Part shown: positions 1-12,400 of the stretch, piece by piece
Position numbering within the stretch: the stretch's first letter is position 1
How the letters are laid out: every line of letters starts with the position of its first letter
From: the human T2T-CHM13v2.0 reference genome, Homo sapiens
Length of the DNA stretch: 64,000 bases
Assembly: GCF_009914755.1 (NCBI RefSeq)
Contig: NC_060925.1
Strand: one strand, 5' to 3'
The notes under the pieces: model-generated
Databases searched by the model: none
What the model was told of the DNA's origin: nothing
The model's input: only the letters and a program-made list of their open reading frames with translations
Program-made: the position numbers and the translations under genes

Positions 1-154
1 ACGCACACATCACAAAAGATTTTCTGAGAATCATTCTGTCTAGTCTTTATATGAAGATAGTATCCTTTTCTACCATTGACCTCAAAGCGGCTGAAATCTC
101 CACTTGCAAATTCCACAAAAAGAGTGTTTCAAGTCTGCTCTGTGTAAAGGATCG

Positions 155-173
155 TTCAACTCTGTGAGTTGAA
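155..173. other. Dyad symmetry element TTCAACTC-TGT-GAGTTGAA (representative; present in most dimers)
   Basis: 8-bp perfect stem with a 3-nt loop. A weaker version (AACTC-TGT-GAGTT) sits in the partner monomer. Confidence 0.8.
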
Positions 174-199
174 TACAAACAACACAAGGAAGTTACTGA

Positions 200-1220
200 G
201 AATTCTTCTGTCTAGCAGAATATGAAGAAATCCCGTTTCCAACGAAGGCCACAAGATGTCAGAATATCCACTTGCAGACTTTACAAACAGAGTGTTTCCT
301 AACTGCTCTATGAACAGAAAGGTTAAACTCTGTGAGTTGAACGAACTCATCACAACGCAGTTTGTGGGAATGATTCTGTCTAGTTTTGAAACGAAGATAT
401 TTCCTTTTCTGCCGTTGACCTTAAAGCGCTTGAAATCTACACTTGCAAATTGCACAAATAGAGTGTTTCAAATCTGCTCTGTCTAAGGGAACGTTCAACT
501 CTGTGAGTTGAATGCACACAACACAAGGAAGTTACTGGGAATTCTTCTGTCTAGCCTTACATGAAAAAACCCGTTTCCAACGAAGGCCTCTAAGTGGTCA
601 AAATATTCACGTGCAGACTTTACAAACAGAGTGTTTCCAAACCGCTGAATGAAGAGAAAAGTTAAACTCTGAGAGTTGAACGCACACATCACGCAGCAGT
701 TTCTGAGAATGATTCTGTCTAGTTTTTATACGAAGATATTTCCTTTTCTGCCTTTGGCCCCAAAGCGCTTGAAATCTCCACTTGCAAATTCCACAAAAAC
801 AGTGTTTCAAATCTGCTCTCTCTAAATGAAAGTTCAACTCTGTCAGTTGAATACACACAACACAAGGAAGTTACTGAGAATTCTTCTGTCTAGCATAATA
901 TGAAGAAATCCCGTTTCCAACGAAGGCCTCAAAGGGGTCTGAATATCCACTTGCAGACTTCATAAACAGAGTGTTTACTAACTGCTCTATGAAAAGAAAG
1001 GTTAAACTCTGTGAGTTGAACACACACATCACAAAGGAGTTTCTGAGAATCATTCTGTCTAGTTTTTCTACGAAGATATTTCCTTTTCTACTATTGACCT
1101 CAAAGCGGCTGAAATCTCCACTTGCAAATTCCACAAAAAGAGTGTTTCAAGTCTGCTCTGTGTAAAGGATCGTTCAACTCTGTGAGTTGAATACACACAA
1201 CACAAGGAAGTTACTGAGAA
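200..1220 (-). repeat. Representative HOR anchor block of three distinguishable dimers (X-Y-Z), recurring about 32 times in the left arm
   Basis: X: GGCCACAAGATGTCAG...ACAACGCAGTTTGTGGGAATG...TCTAAGGGAACG. Y: CCTTACATG...TAAGTGGTC...CTTTGGCCCC...TAAATGAAAG. Z: AAAGGGGTCTG...TTTACTAAC...CTACTATTG. The block is followed by a variable number of near-identical dimers. Confidence 0.85.
231..247 (-). promoter_or_regulatory. CENP-B box (first of about 178 box positions in the left arm, one per dimer)
   Basis: The reverse complement CTTCGTTGGAAACGGGA matches the established 17-bp CENP-B box with core nTTCGnnnnAnnCGGGn. The count is estimated from arm length divided by 340. Confidence 0.95.
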
Positions 1221-3459
1221 TTCTTCTGTCTAGCAGAATATGAAGAAATCCCGTTTCCAACGAAGGCCTCAAGGAGGTCTGAATATCCACTTGCAGACTT
1301 TACAAACAGAGTGTTTCCTAACTGCTCTATGAAAAGAAAGGTTAAACTCTGTGAGTTGGACGCACACATCACAAAGGAGTTTATGAGAATCATTCTGTCT
1401 AGTTTCTATAAGAAGATATTTCCTCTTCTACCATTGACCTCAAAGCGGCTGAAATCTCCATTTGCAAATTCGACAAAAAGAGTGTTTCAAGCCTGCTCTC
1501 TGTAAAGGATCCTTCAACTCTGTGAGTTGAATACACACAACACAAGGAAGTTACTGAGAATTCTTCTGTCTAGCAGAATATGAAGAAATCCCGTTTCCAA
1601 CGAAGGCCTCAAAGAGGTATGCATATCCACTTGCAGACTTTACAAACAGAGTGTTTCCTAACTGCTCTATGAGAAGAAAAGTTAAACTCTGTGAGTTGAA
1701 CGCACACATCACAAAAGATTTTCTGAGAATCATTCTGTCTAGTCTTTATATGAAGATAGTTTCCTTTTCTACCATTGACCTCAAAGCGGCTGAAATCTCC
1801 ACTTGCAAATTCCACAAAAAGAGTGTTTCAAGTCTGCTCTGTGTAAAGGATCGTTCAACTCTGTGAGTTGAATACACACAACACAAGGAAGTTACTGAGA
1901 ATTCTTCTGTCTAGCAGAATATGAAGAAATCCCGTTTCCAACGAAGGCCACAAGATGTCAGAATATCCACTTACAGACTTTACAAACAGAGTGTTTCCTA
2001 ACTGCTCTATGAACAGAAAGGTTAAACTCTGTGAGTTGAACGAACACATCACAACGCAGTTTGTGGGAATGATTCTGTCTAGTTTTGAAACGAAGATATT
2101 TCCTTTTCTGCCGTTGACCTTAAAGAGCTTGAAAACTACACTTGCAAATTGCACAAATAGAGTGTTTCAAATCTGCTCTGTCTAAGGGAACGTTCAACTC
2201 TGTGAGTTGAATGCACACAACACAAGGAAGTTACTGGGAATTCTTCTGTCTAGCCTTACATGAAAAAAACCCGTTTCCAACGAAGGCCTCTAAGTGGTCA
2301 AAATTTCCACGTGCAGACTTTACAAACAGAGTGTTTCCAAACCGCTGAATGAAAAGAAAAGTTAAACTCTGAGAGTTGAAAGCACACATCACGCAGCAGT
2401 TTCTGAGAATGATTCTGTCTAGTTTTTATACGAAGATATTTCCTTTTCTGCCTTTGGCCCCAAACCGCTTGAAATCTCCACTTGCAAATTCCACAAAAAC
2501 AGTGTTTCAAATCTGCTCTCTCTAAATGAAAGTTCAACTCTGTCAGTTGAATACACACAACACAAGGAAGTTACTGAGAATTCTTCTGTCTAGCATAATA
2601 TGAAGAAATCCCGTTTCCAACGAAGGCCTCAAAGGGGTCTGAATATCCACTTGCAGACTTTATAAACAGAGTGTTTACTAACTGCTCTATGAAAAGAAAG
2701 GTTAAACTCTGTGAGTTGAACACACACATCACAAAGGAGTTTCTGAGAATCATTCTGTCTAGTTTTTCTACGAAGATATTTCCTTTTCTACTATTGACCT
2801 CAAAGCGGCTGAAATCTCCACTTGCAAATTCCACAAAAAGAGTGTTTCAAGTCTGCTCTGTGTAAAGGATCGTTCAACTCTGTGAGTTGAATACACACAA
2901 CACAAGGAAGTTACTGAGAATTCTTCTGTCTAGCAGAATAGGAAGAAATCCCGTTTCCAACGAAGGCCTCAAAGAGGTCTGAATATCCACTTGCAGACTT
3001 TACACACAGAGTGTTTCCTAACTGCTGTATGAAAAGAAAGGTTAAACTCTGTGAGTTGAACACACACATCACAAAGGAGTTTCTGAGAATCGTTCTGTCT
3101 AGTTTCTATAGGAAGATATTTCCTATTCTACCATTGACCTCAAAGCGGCTGAAATCTCCACTTGCAAATTCCACAAAAAGAATGTTTCAAGTCTGCTCTG
3201 TGTAAAGGATCGTTCAACTCTGTGAGTTGAATACACACAACACAAGGAAGTTACTGAGAATTATTCTGTCTAGCAGAATATGAAGAAATCCCGTTTCCAA
3301 CGAAGGCCTCAAAGAGGTCTGAATATCCACTTGCAGACTTTACAAACAGAGTGTTTCCTAACTGCTCTATGAAAAGAAAAGTTAAACTCTGTGAGTTGAA
3401 CGCACACATCACAAAGGAGTTTCTGAGGATCATTCTGTCTAGTCTTTATACGAAGATAT

Positions 3460-3476
3460 TTCCTTTTCTACCATTG
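3460..3476 (-). promoter_or_regulatory. pJalpha-like (A-type) box, representative copy; occupies the box position in alternate monomers
   Basis: The reverse complement CAATGGTAGAAAAGGAA lies 171 bp from the CENP-B box at 3289-3305, at the homologous monomer position. It resembles the A-type monomer pJalpha motif. Confidence 0.65.
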
Positions 3477-6400
3477 ACCTCAAAGCGGCTGAAATCTCCA
3501 CTTGCAAATTCCACAAAAAGAGTGTTTCAAGTCTGCTCTGTGTAAAGGATCGTACAACTCTGTGAGTTGAATACACACAACACAAGGAAGTTACTGAGAA
3601 TTCTTCTGTCTAGCAGAATATGAAGAAATCCCGTTTCCAACGAAGGCCTCAAGGAGGTCTGAATATCCACTTGCAGACTGTACAAACAGAGTGTTTCCTA
3701 ACTGCTCTATGAACAGAAAGGTTAAACTCTGTGAGTTGAACGAACACATCACAACGCAGTTTGTGGGAATGATTCTGTCTAGTTTTGAAACGAAGAAATT
3801 TCCTTTTCTGCCATTGACCTTAAAGCGCTTGAAATCTACACTTGCAAATTGCACAAATAGAGTGCTTCAAATCTGCTCTGTCTAAGGGAACGTTCAACTC
3901 TGTGAGTTGAATGCACACAACACAAGGAAGTTACTGGGAATTCTTCTGTCTAGCCTTACATGAAGAAAACCCGTTTCCAACGAAGGCCTCTAAGTGGTCA
4001 AAATATCCACGTGCAGACTTTACAAAGAGAGTGTTTCCAAACCGATGAATGAAAAGAAAAGTTAAACTCTGAGAGTTGAACGCACACATCACGCAGCAGT
4101 TTCTGAGAATGATTCTGTCTAGTTTTTATACGAAGATATTTCCTTTTCTGCCTTTGGCCCCAAAGCGCTTGAAATCTCCTCTTGCAAATTCCACAAAAAC
4201 AGTGTTTCAAATCTGCTCTCTCTAAATGAAAGTTCAACTCTGTCAGTTGAATACACACAACACAAGGAAGTTACTGACAATTCTTCTGTCTAGCATAATA
4301 TGAAGAAATCCCGTTTCCAAAGAAGGCCTCAAAGGGGTCTGAATATCCACTTGCAGACTTTATAAACAGAGTGTTTACTAACTGCTCTATGAAAAGAAAG
4401 GTTAAACTCTGTGAGTTGAACACACACATCACAAAGGAGTTTCTGAGAATCATTCTGTCTAGTTTTTCTACGAAGATATTTCCTTTTCTACTATTGACCT
4501 CAAAGCGGCTGAAATCTCCACTTGCAAATTCCACAAAAAGAGTGTTTCAAGTCTGCTCTGTGTAAAGGATCGTTCAACTCTGTGAGTTGAATACACACAA
4601 CACAAGGAAGTTACTGAGAATTCTTCTGTCTAGCAGAATAGGAAGAAATCCCGTTTCCAACGAAGGCCTCAAAGAGGTCTGAATATCCACTTGCAGACTT
4701 TACAAACAGAGTGTTTCCTAACTGCTCTATGAAAAGAAAGGTTAAACTCTGTGAGTTGAACGCACACATCACAAAGGAGTTTCTGAGAATCGTTCTGTCT
4801 AGTTTCTATAGGAAGATATTTCCTATTCTACCATTGACCTCAAAGCGGCTGAAATCTCCACTTGCAAATTCCACAAAAAGAATGTTTCAAGTCTGCTCTG
4901 TGTAAAGGATCGTTCAACTCTGTGAGTTGACTACACACAACACAAGGAAGTTACTGAGAATTCTTCTGTCTAGCATAATATGAAGAAATCCCGTTTCCAA
5001 CGAAGGCCTCAAAGAGGTCTGAATATCCACTTGCAGACTTTACAAACAGAGTGTTTCCTAACTGCTCTATGAAAAGAAAAGTTAAACTCTTTGAGTTGAA
5101 CGCACACATCACAAAGGAGTTTCTGAGAATCATTCTGTCTAGTCTTTATACGAAGATATTTCCTTTTCTACCATTGACCTCAAAGCGGCTGAAATCTCCA
5201 CTTGCAAATTCCACAAAAAGAGTGTTTCAAGTCTGCTCTGTGTAAAGGATCGTTCAACTCTGTGAGTTGAATACACACAACACAAGGAAGTTACTGAGAA
5301 TTCTTCTGTCTAGCAGAATATGAAGAAATCCCGTTTCCAACGAAGGCCTCAAGGAGGTCTGAATATCCACTTGCAGACTTTACAAACAGAGTGTTTCCTA
5401 ACTGCTCTATGAAAAGAAAGGTTTAACTCTGTGAGTTGAACGCACACATCACAAAGGAGTTTCTGAGAATCATTCTGTCTCGTCTTTATACGAAGATATT
5501 TACTTTTCTACCATTGACCTCAAAGCGGCTGAAATCTCCACTTTCAAATTCGAGAAGAAGAGTGTTTCAAGCCTGCTCTCTGTAAAGGATCCTTCAAATC
5601 TGTGAGTTGAATACACACAACACAAGGAAGTTACTGAGAATTATTCTGTCTAGCAGAATATGAAGAAATCCCGTTTCCAACGAAGGCATCAAAGAGGTCT
5701 GAATATCCACTTGCAGACTTTACAAACAGAGTGTTTCCTAACTGCTCTATGAGAAGAAAAGTTAAACTCTGTGAGTTGAACGCACACATCACAAAAGATT
5801 TTCTGAGAATCATTCTGTCTAGTCTTTATATGAAGATAGTTTCCTTTTCTACCATTGACCTCAAAGCGGCTGAAATCTCCACTTGCAAATTCCACAAAAA
5901 GAGTGTTTCAAGTCTGCTCTGTGTAAAGGATCGTTCAACTCTGTGAGTTGAATACACACAACACAAGGAAGTTACTGAGAATTCTTCTGTCTAGCAGAAT
6001 ATGAAGAAATCCCGTTTCCAACGAAGGCCACAAGATGTCAGAATATCCACTTGCAGACTTTACAAACAGAGTGTTTCCTAACTGCTCTATGAACAGAAAG
6101 GTTAAACTCTGTGAGTTGAACGAACACATCACAACGCAGTTTGTGGGAATGATTCTGTCTAGTTTTGAAACGAAGATATTTCCTTTTCTGCCGTTGACCT
6201 TAAAGCGCTTGAAATCTACACTTGCAAATTGCACAAATAGAGTGTTTCAAATCTGCTCTGTCTAAGGGAACGTTCAACTCTGTGAGTTGAATGCACACAA
6301 CACAAGGAAGTTACTGGGAATTCTTCTGTCTAGCCTTACATGAAAAAACCCGTTTCCAACGAAGGCTTCTAAGTGGTCAAAATATCCACGTGCAGACTTT

Positions 6401-9400
6401 ACAAACAGAGTGTTTCCAAACCGCTGAATGAAAAGAAAAGTTAAACTCTGAGAGTTGAACGCACACATCACGCAGCAGTTTCTGAGAATGATTCTGTCTA
6501 GTTTTTATACGAAGATATTTCCTTTTCTGCCTTTGGCCCCAAAGCGCTTGAAATCTCCACTTGCAAATTCCACAAAAACAGTGTTTCAAATCTGCTCTCT
6601 CTAAATGAAAGTTCAACTCTGTCAGTTGAATACACACAACACAAGGAAGTTACTGAGAATTCTTCTGTCTAGCATAATATGAAGAAATCCCGTTTCCAAC
6701 GAAGGCCTCCAAGGGGTCTGAATATCCACTTGCAGACTTTATAAACAGAGTGTTTACTAACTGCTCTATGAAAAGAAAGGTTAAACTCTGTGAGTTGAAC
6801 ACACACATCACAAAGGAGTTTCTGAGAATCATTCTGTCTAGTTTTTCTACGAAGATATTTCCTTTTCTACTATTGACCTCAAAGCGGCTGAAATCTCCAC
6901 TTGCAAATTCCACAAAAAGAGTGTTTCAAGTCTGCTCTGTGTAAAGGATCGTTCAACTCTGTGAGTTGAATACACACAACACAAGGAAGTTACTGAGAAT
7001 TCTTCTGTCTAGCAGAATATGAAGAAATCCCGTTTCCAACGAAGGCCTCAAGGAGGTCTGAATATCCACTTGCAGACTTTACAAACAGAGTGTTTCCTAA
7101 CTGCTCTATGAAAAGAAAGGTTAAACTCTGTGAGTTGGACGCACACATCACAAAGGAGTTTATGAGAATCATTCTGTCTAGTTTCTATAAGAAGATATTT
7201 CCTCTTCTACCATTGACCTCAAAGCGGCTGAAATCTCCATTTGCAAATTCGACAAAAAGAGTGTTTCAAGCCTGCTCTCTGTAAAGGATCCTTCAACTCT
7301 CTGAGTTGAATACACACAACACAAGGAAGTTACTGAGAATTCTTCTGTCTAGCAGAATATGAAGAAATCCCGTTTCCAACGAAGGCCTCAAAGAGGTCTG
7401 CATATCCACTTGCAGACTTTACAAACAGAGTGTTTCCTAACTGCTCTATGAGAAGAAAAGTTAAACTCTGTGAGTTGAACGCACACATCACAAAAGATTT
7501 TCTGAGAATCATTCTGTCTAGTCTTTATATGAAGATAGTTTCCTTTTCTACCATTGACCTCAAAGCGGCTGAAATCTCCACTTGCAAATTCCACAAAAAG
7601 AGTGTTTCAAGTCTGCTCTGTGTAAAGGATCGTTCAACTCTGTGAGTTGAATACACACAACACAAGGAAGTTACTGAGAATTCTTCTGTCTAGCAGAATA
7701 TGAAGAAATCCCGTTTCCAACGAAGGCCACAAGATGTCAGAATATCCACTTACAGACTTTACAAACAGAGTGTTTCCTAAGTGCTCTATGAACAGAAAGG
7801 TTAAACTCTGTGAGTTGAACGAACACATCACAACGCAGTTTGTGGGAATGATTCTGTCTAGTTTTGAAACGAAGATATTTCCTTTTCTGCCGTTGACCTT
7901 AAAGAGCTTGAAAACTACACTTGCAAATTGCACAAATAGAGTGTTTCAAATCTGCTCTGTCTAAGGGAACGTTCAACTCTGTGAGTTGAATGCACACAAC
8001 ACAAGGAAGTTACTGGGAATTCTTCTGTCTAGCCTTACATGAAAAAAACCCGTTTCCAACGAAGGCCTCTAAGTGGTCAAAATTTCCACGTGCAGACTTT
8101 ACAAACAGAGTGTTTCCAAACCGCTGAATGAAAAGAAAAGTTAAACTCTGAGAGTTGAAAGCACACATCACGCAGCAGTTTCTGAGAATGATTCTGTCTA
8201 GTTTTTATACGAAGATATTTCCTTTTCTGCCTTTGGCCCCAAACCGCTTGAAATCTCCACTTGCAAATTCCACAAAAACAGTGTTTCAAATCTGCTCTCT
8301 CTAAATGAAAGTTCAACTCTGTCAGTTGAATACACACAACACAAGGAAGTTACTGAGAATTCTTCTGTCTAGCATAATATGAAGAAATCCCGTTTCCAAC
8401 GAAGGCCGCAAAGGGGTCTGAATATCCACTTGCAGACTTTATAAACAGAGTGTTTACTAACTGCTCTATGAAAAGAAAGGTTAAACTCTGTGAGTTGAAC
8501 ACACACATCACAAAGGAGTTTCTGAGAATCATTCTGTCTAGTTTTTCTACGAAGATATTTCCTTTTCTACTATTGACCTCAAAGCGGCTGAAATCTCCAC
8601 TTGCAAATTCCACAAAAAGAGTGTTTCAAGTCTGCTCTGTGTAAAGGATCGTTCAACTCTGTGAGTTGAATACACACAACACAAGGAAGTTACTGAGAAT
8701 TCTTCTGTCTAGCAGAATATGAAGAAATCCCGTTTCCAACGAAGGCCTCAAGGAGGTCTGAATATCCACTTGCAGACTTTACAAACAGAGTGTTTACTAA
8801 CTGCTCTATGAAAAGAAAGGTTAAACTCTGTGAGTTGAACACACACATCACAAAGGAGTTTCTGAGAATCATTCTGTCTAGTTTTTCTACGAAGATATTT
8901 CCTTTTCTACTATTGACCTCAAAGCGGCTGAAAGCTCCACTTGCAAATTCCACAAAAAGAGTGTTTCAAGTCTGCTCTGTGTAAAGGATCGTTCAACTCT
9001 GTGAGTTGAATACACACAACACAAGGAAGTTACTGAGAATTCTTCTGTCTAGCAGAATATGAAGAAACCCCGTTTCCAACGAAGGCCTCAAGGAGGTCTG
9101 AATATCCACTTGCAGACTTTACAAACAGAGTGTTTCTTAACTGCTCTATGAAAAGAAAGGTTAAACTCTGTGAGTTGGACGCACACATCACAAAGGAGTT
9201 TATGAGAATCATTCTGTCTAGTTTCTATAAGAAGATATTTCCTATTCTACCATTGACCTCAAAGCGGCTGAAATCTCCACTTGCAAATTCGACAAAAAGA
9301 GTGTTTCAAGCCTGCTCTCTGTAAAGGATCGTTCAACTCTGTGAGTTGAATACACACAACACAAGGAAGTTACTGAGAATTCTTCTGTCTAGCAGAATAT

Positions 9401-12400
9401 GAAGAAATCCCGTTTCCAACGAAGGCCTCAAAGAGGTCTGAATATCCACTTGCAGACTTTACAAACAGAGTGTTTCCTAACTGCTCTATGAAAAGAAAAG
9501 TTAAACTCTGTGAGTTGAACGCACACATCACAAAGGAGTTTCTGAGAATCATTCTGTCTAGTCTTTATACGAAGATATTTCCTTTTCTACCATTGACCTC
9601 AAAGCGGCTGAAATCTCCACTTGCAAATTCCACAAAAAGAGTGTTTCAAGTCTGCTCTGGGTAAAGGATCGTACAACTCTGTGAGTTGAATACACACAAC
9701 ACAAGGAAGTTTCTGAGAATTCTTCTGTCTAGCAGAATATGAAGAAATCCCGTTTCCAACGAAGGCCTCAAGGAGGTCTGAATATCCACTTGCAGACTGT
9801 ATAAACAGAGTGTTTCCTAACTGCTCTATGAACAGAAAGGTTAAACTCTGTGAGTTGAACGAACACATCACAACGCAGTTTGTGGGAATGATTCTGTCTA
9901 GTTTTGAAACGAAGAAATTACCTTTTCTGCCATTGACCTTAAAGCGCTTGAAATCTACACTTGCAAATTGCACAAATGGAGTGTTTCAAATCTGCTCTGT
10001 CTAAGGGAACGTTCAACTCTGTGAGTTGAATGCACACAACACAAGGAAGTTACTGGGAATTCTTCTGTCTAGCCTTACATGAAGAAAACCCGTTTCCAAC
10101 GAAGGCCTCTAAGAGGTCAAAATATCCACGTGCAGACTTTACAAAGAGAGTGTTTCCAAACCGCTGAATGAAAAGAAAAGTTAAACTCTGAGAGTTGAAC
10201 GCAGACATCACGCAGCAGTTTCTGAGAATGATTCTGTCTAGTTTTTATACGAAGATATTTCCTTTTCTGCCTTTGGCCCCAAAGCGCTTGAAATCTCCAC
10301 TTGCAAATTCCACAAAAACAGTGTTTCAAATCTGCTCTCTCTAAATGAAAGTTCAACTCTGTCAGTTGAATACACACAACACAAGGAAGTTACTGAGAAT
10401 TCTTCTGTCTAGCATAATATGAAGAAATCCCGTTTCCAACGAAGGCCTCAAAGGGGTCTGAATATCCACTTGCAGACATTATAAACAGAGTGTTTACTAA
10501 CTGCTCTATGAAAAGAAAGGTTAAACTCTGTGAGTTGAACACACACATCACAAAGGAGTTTCTGAGAATCATTCTGTCTAGTTTTTCTACGAAGATATTT
10601 CCTTTTCTACTATTGACCTCAAAGCGGCTGAAATCTCCACTTGCAAATTCCACAAAAAGAGTGTTTCAAGTCTGCTCTGTGTAAAGGATCGTTCAACTCT
10701 GTGAGTTGAATACACACAACACAAGGAAGTTACTGAGAATTCTTCTGTCTAGCAGAATATGAAGAAATCCCGTTTCCAAAGAAGGCCTCAAGGAGGTCTG
10801 AATATCCACTTGCAGACTTTACAAACAGAGTGTTTCCTAACTGCTCTATGAACAGAAAGGTTAAACTCTGTGAGTTGAACGCACACATCACAAAGGAGTT
10901 TCTGAGAATCATTCTGTCTAGTCTTTATACGAAGATATTTACTTTTCTACCATTGACCTCAAAGCGGCTGAAATCTCCACTTGCAAATTCCACAAAAAGA
11001 GTGTTTCAAGTCTGCTCTGTGTAAAGGATCCTTCAACTCTGTGAGTTGAATACACACAACACAGGGAAGTTACTGAGAATTCTTCTGTCTAGCAGAATAT
11101 GAAGAAATCCCGTTTCCAACGAAGGCCTCAAAGAGGTTTGCATATCCACTTGCAGACTTTACAAACAGAGTGTTTCCTAACTGCTCTATGAGAAGAAAAG
11201 TTAAACTCTGTGAGTTGAACGCACACATCACAAAAGATTTTCTTAGAATCATTCTGTCTAGTCTTTATATGAAGATAGTTTCCTTTTCTACCATTGACCT
11301 CAAAGCGGCTGAAATCTCCACTTGCAAATTCCACAAAAAGAGTGTTTCAAGTCTGCTCTGTGTAAAGGATCGTTCAACTCTGTGAGTTGAATACACACAA
11401 CACAAGGAAGTTACTGAGAATTCTTCTGTCTAGCAGAATATGAAGAAATCCCGTTTCCAACGAAGGCCTCAAAGAGGTCTGAATATCCACTTGCAGACTT
11501 TACAAACAGAGTGTTTCCTAACTGCTCTATGAAAAGAAAGGTTAAACTCTGTGAGTTGAACGCACACATCACAAAGGAGTTTCTGAGAATCGTTCTGTCT
11601 AGTTTCTATAGGAAGATGTTTCCTATTCTACCATTGACCTCAAAGCGGCTGAAATCTCCACTTGCAAATTCCACAAAAAGAATGTTTCAAGTCTGCTCTG
11701 TGTAAACGATCGTTCAACTCTGTGAGTTGAATACACACAACACAAGGAAGTTACTGAGAATTCTTCTGTCTAGCAGAATATGAAGAAATCCCGTTTCCAA
11801 CGAAGGCCTCAAGGAGGTCTGAATATCCACTTGCAGACTTTACAAACAGAGTGTTTCCTAACTGCTCTATGAACAGAAAGGTTAAACTCTGTGAGTTGAA
11901 CGCACACATCACAAAGGAGTTTATGAGAATCATTCTGTCTAGTTTCTATAAGAAGATATTTCCTATTCTACCATTGACCTCAAAGCGGCTGAAATCTCCA
12001 CTTGCAAATTCGACAAACAGAGTGTTTCAAGCCTGCTCTCTGTAAAGGATCCTTCAACTCTGTGAGTTGAATACACACAACACAAGGAAGTTACTGAGAA
12101 TTATTCTGTCTAGCATAATATGAAGAAATCCCGTTTCCAACGAAGGCCTCAAAGAGGTCTGAATATCCACTTGCAGACTTTACAAACAGAGTGTTTCCTA
12201 ACTGCTCTATGAGAAGAAAAGTTAAACTCTGTGAGTTGAACGCACACATCACAAAAGATTTTCTGAGAATCATTCTGTCTAGTCTTTATATGAAGATAGT
12301 TTCCTTTTCTACCATTGACCTCAAAGCGGCTGAAATCTCCACTTGCAAATTCCACAAAAAGAGTGTTTCAAGTCTGCTCTGTGTAAAGGATCGCTCAACT

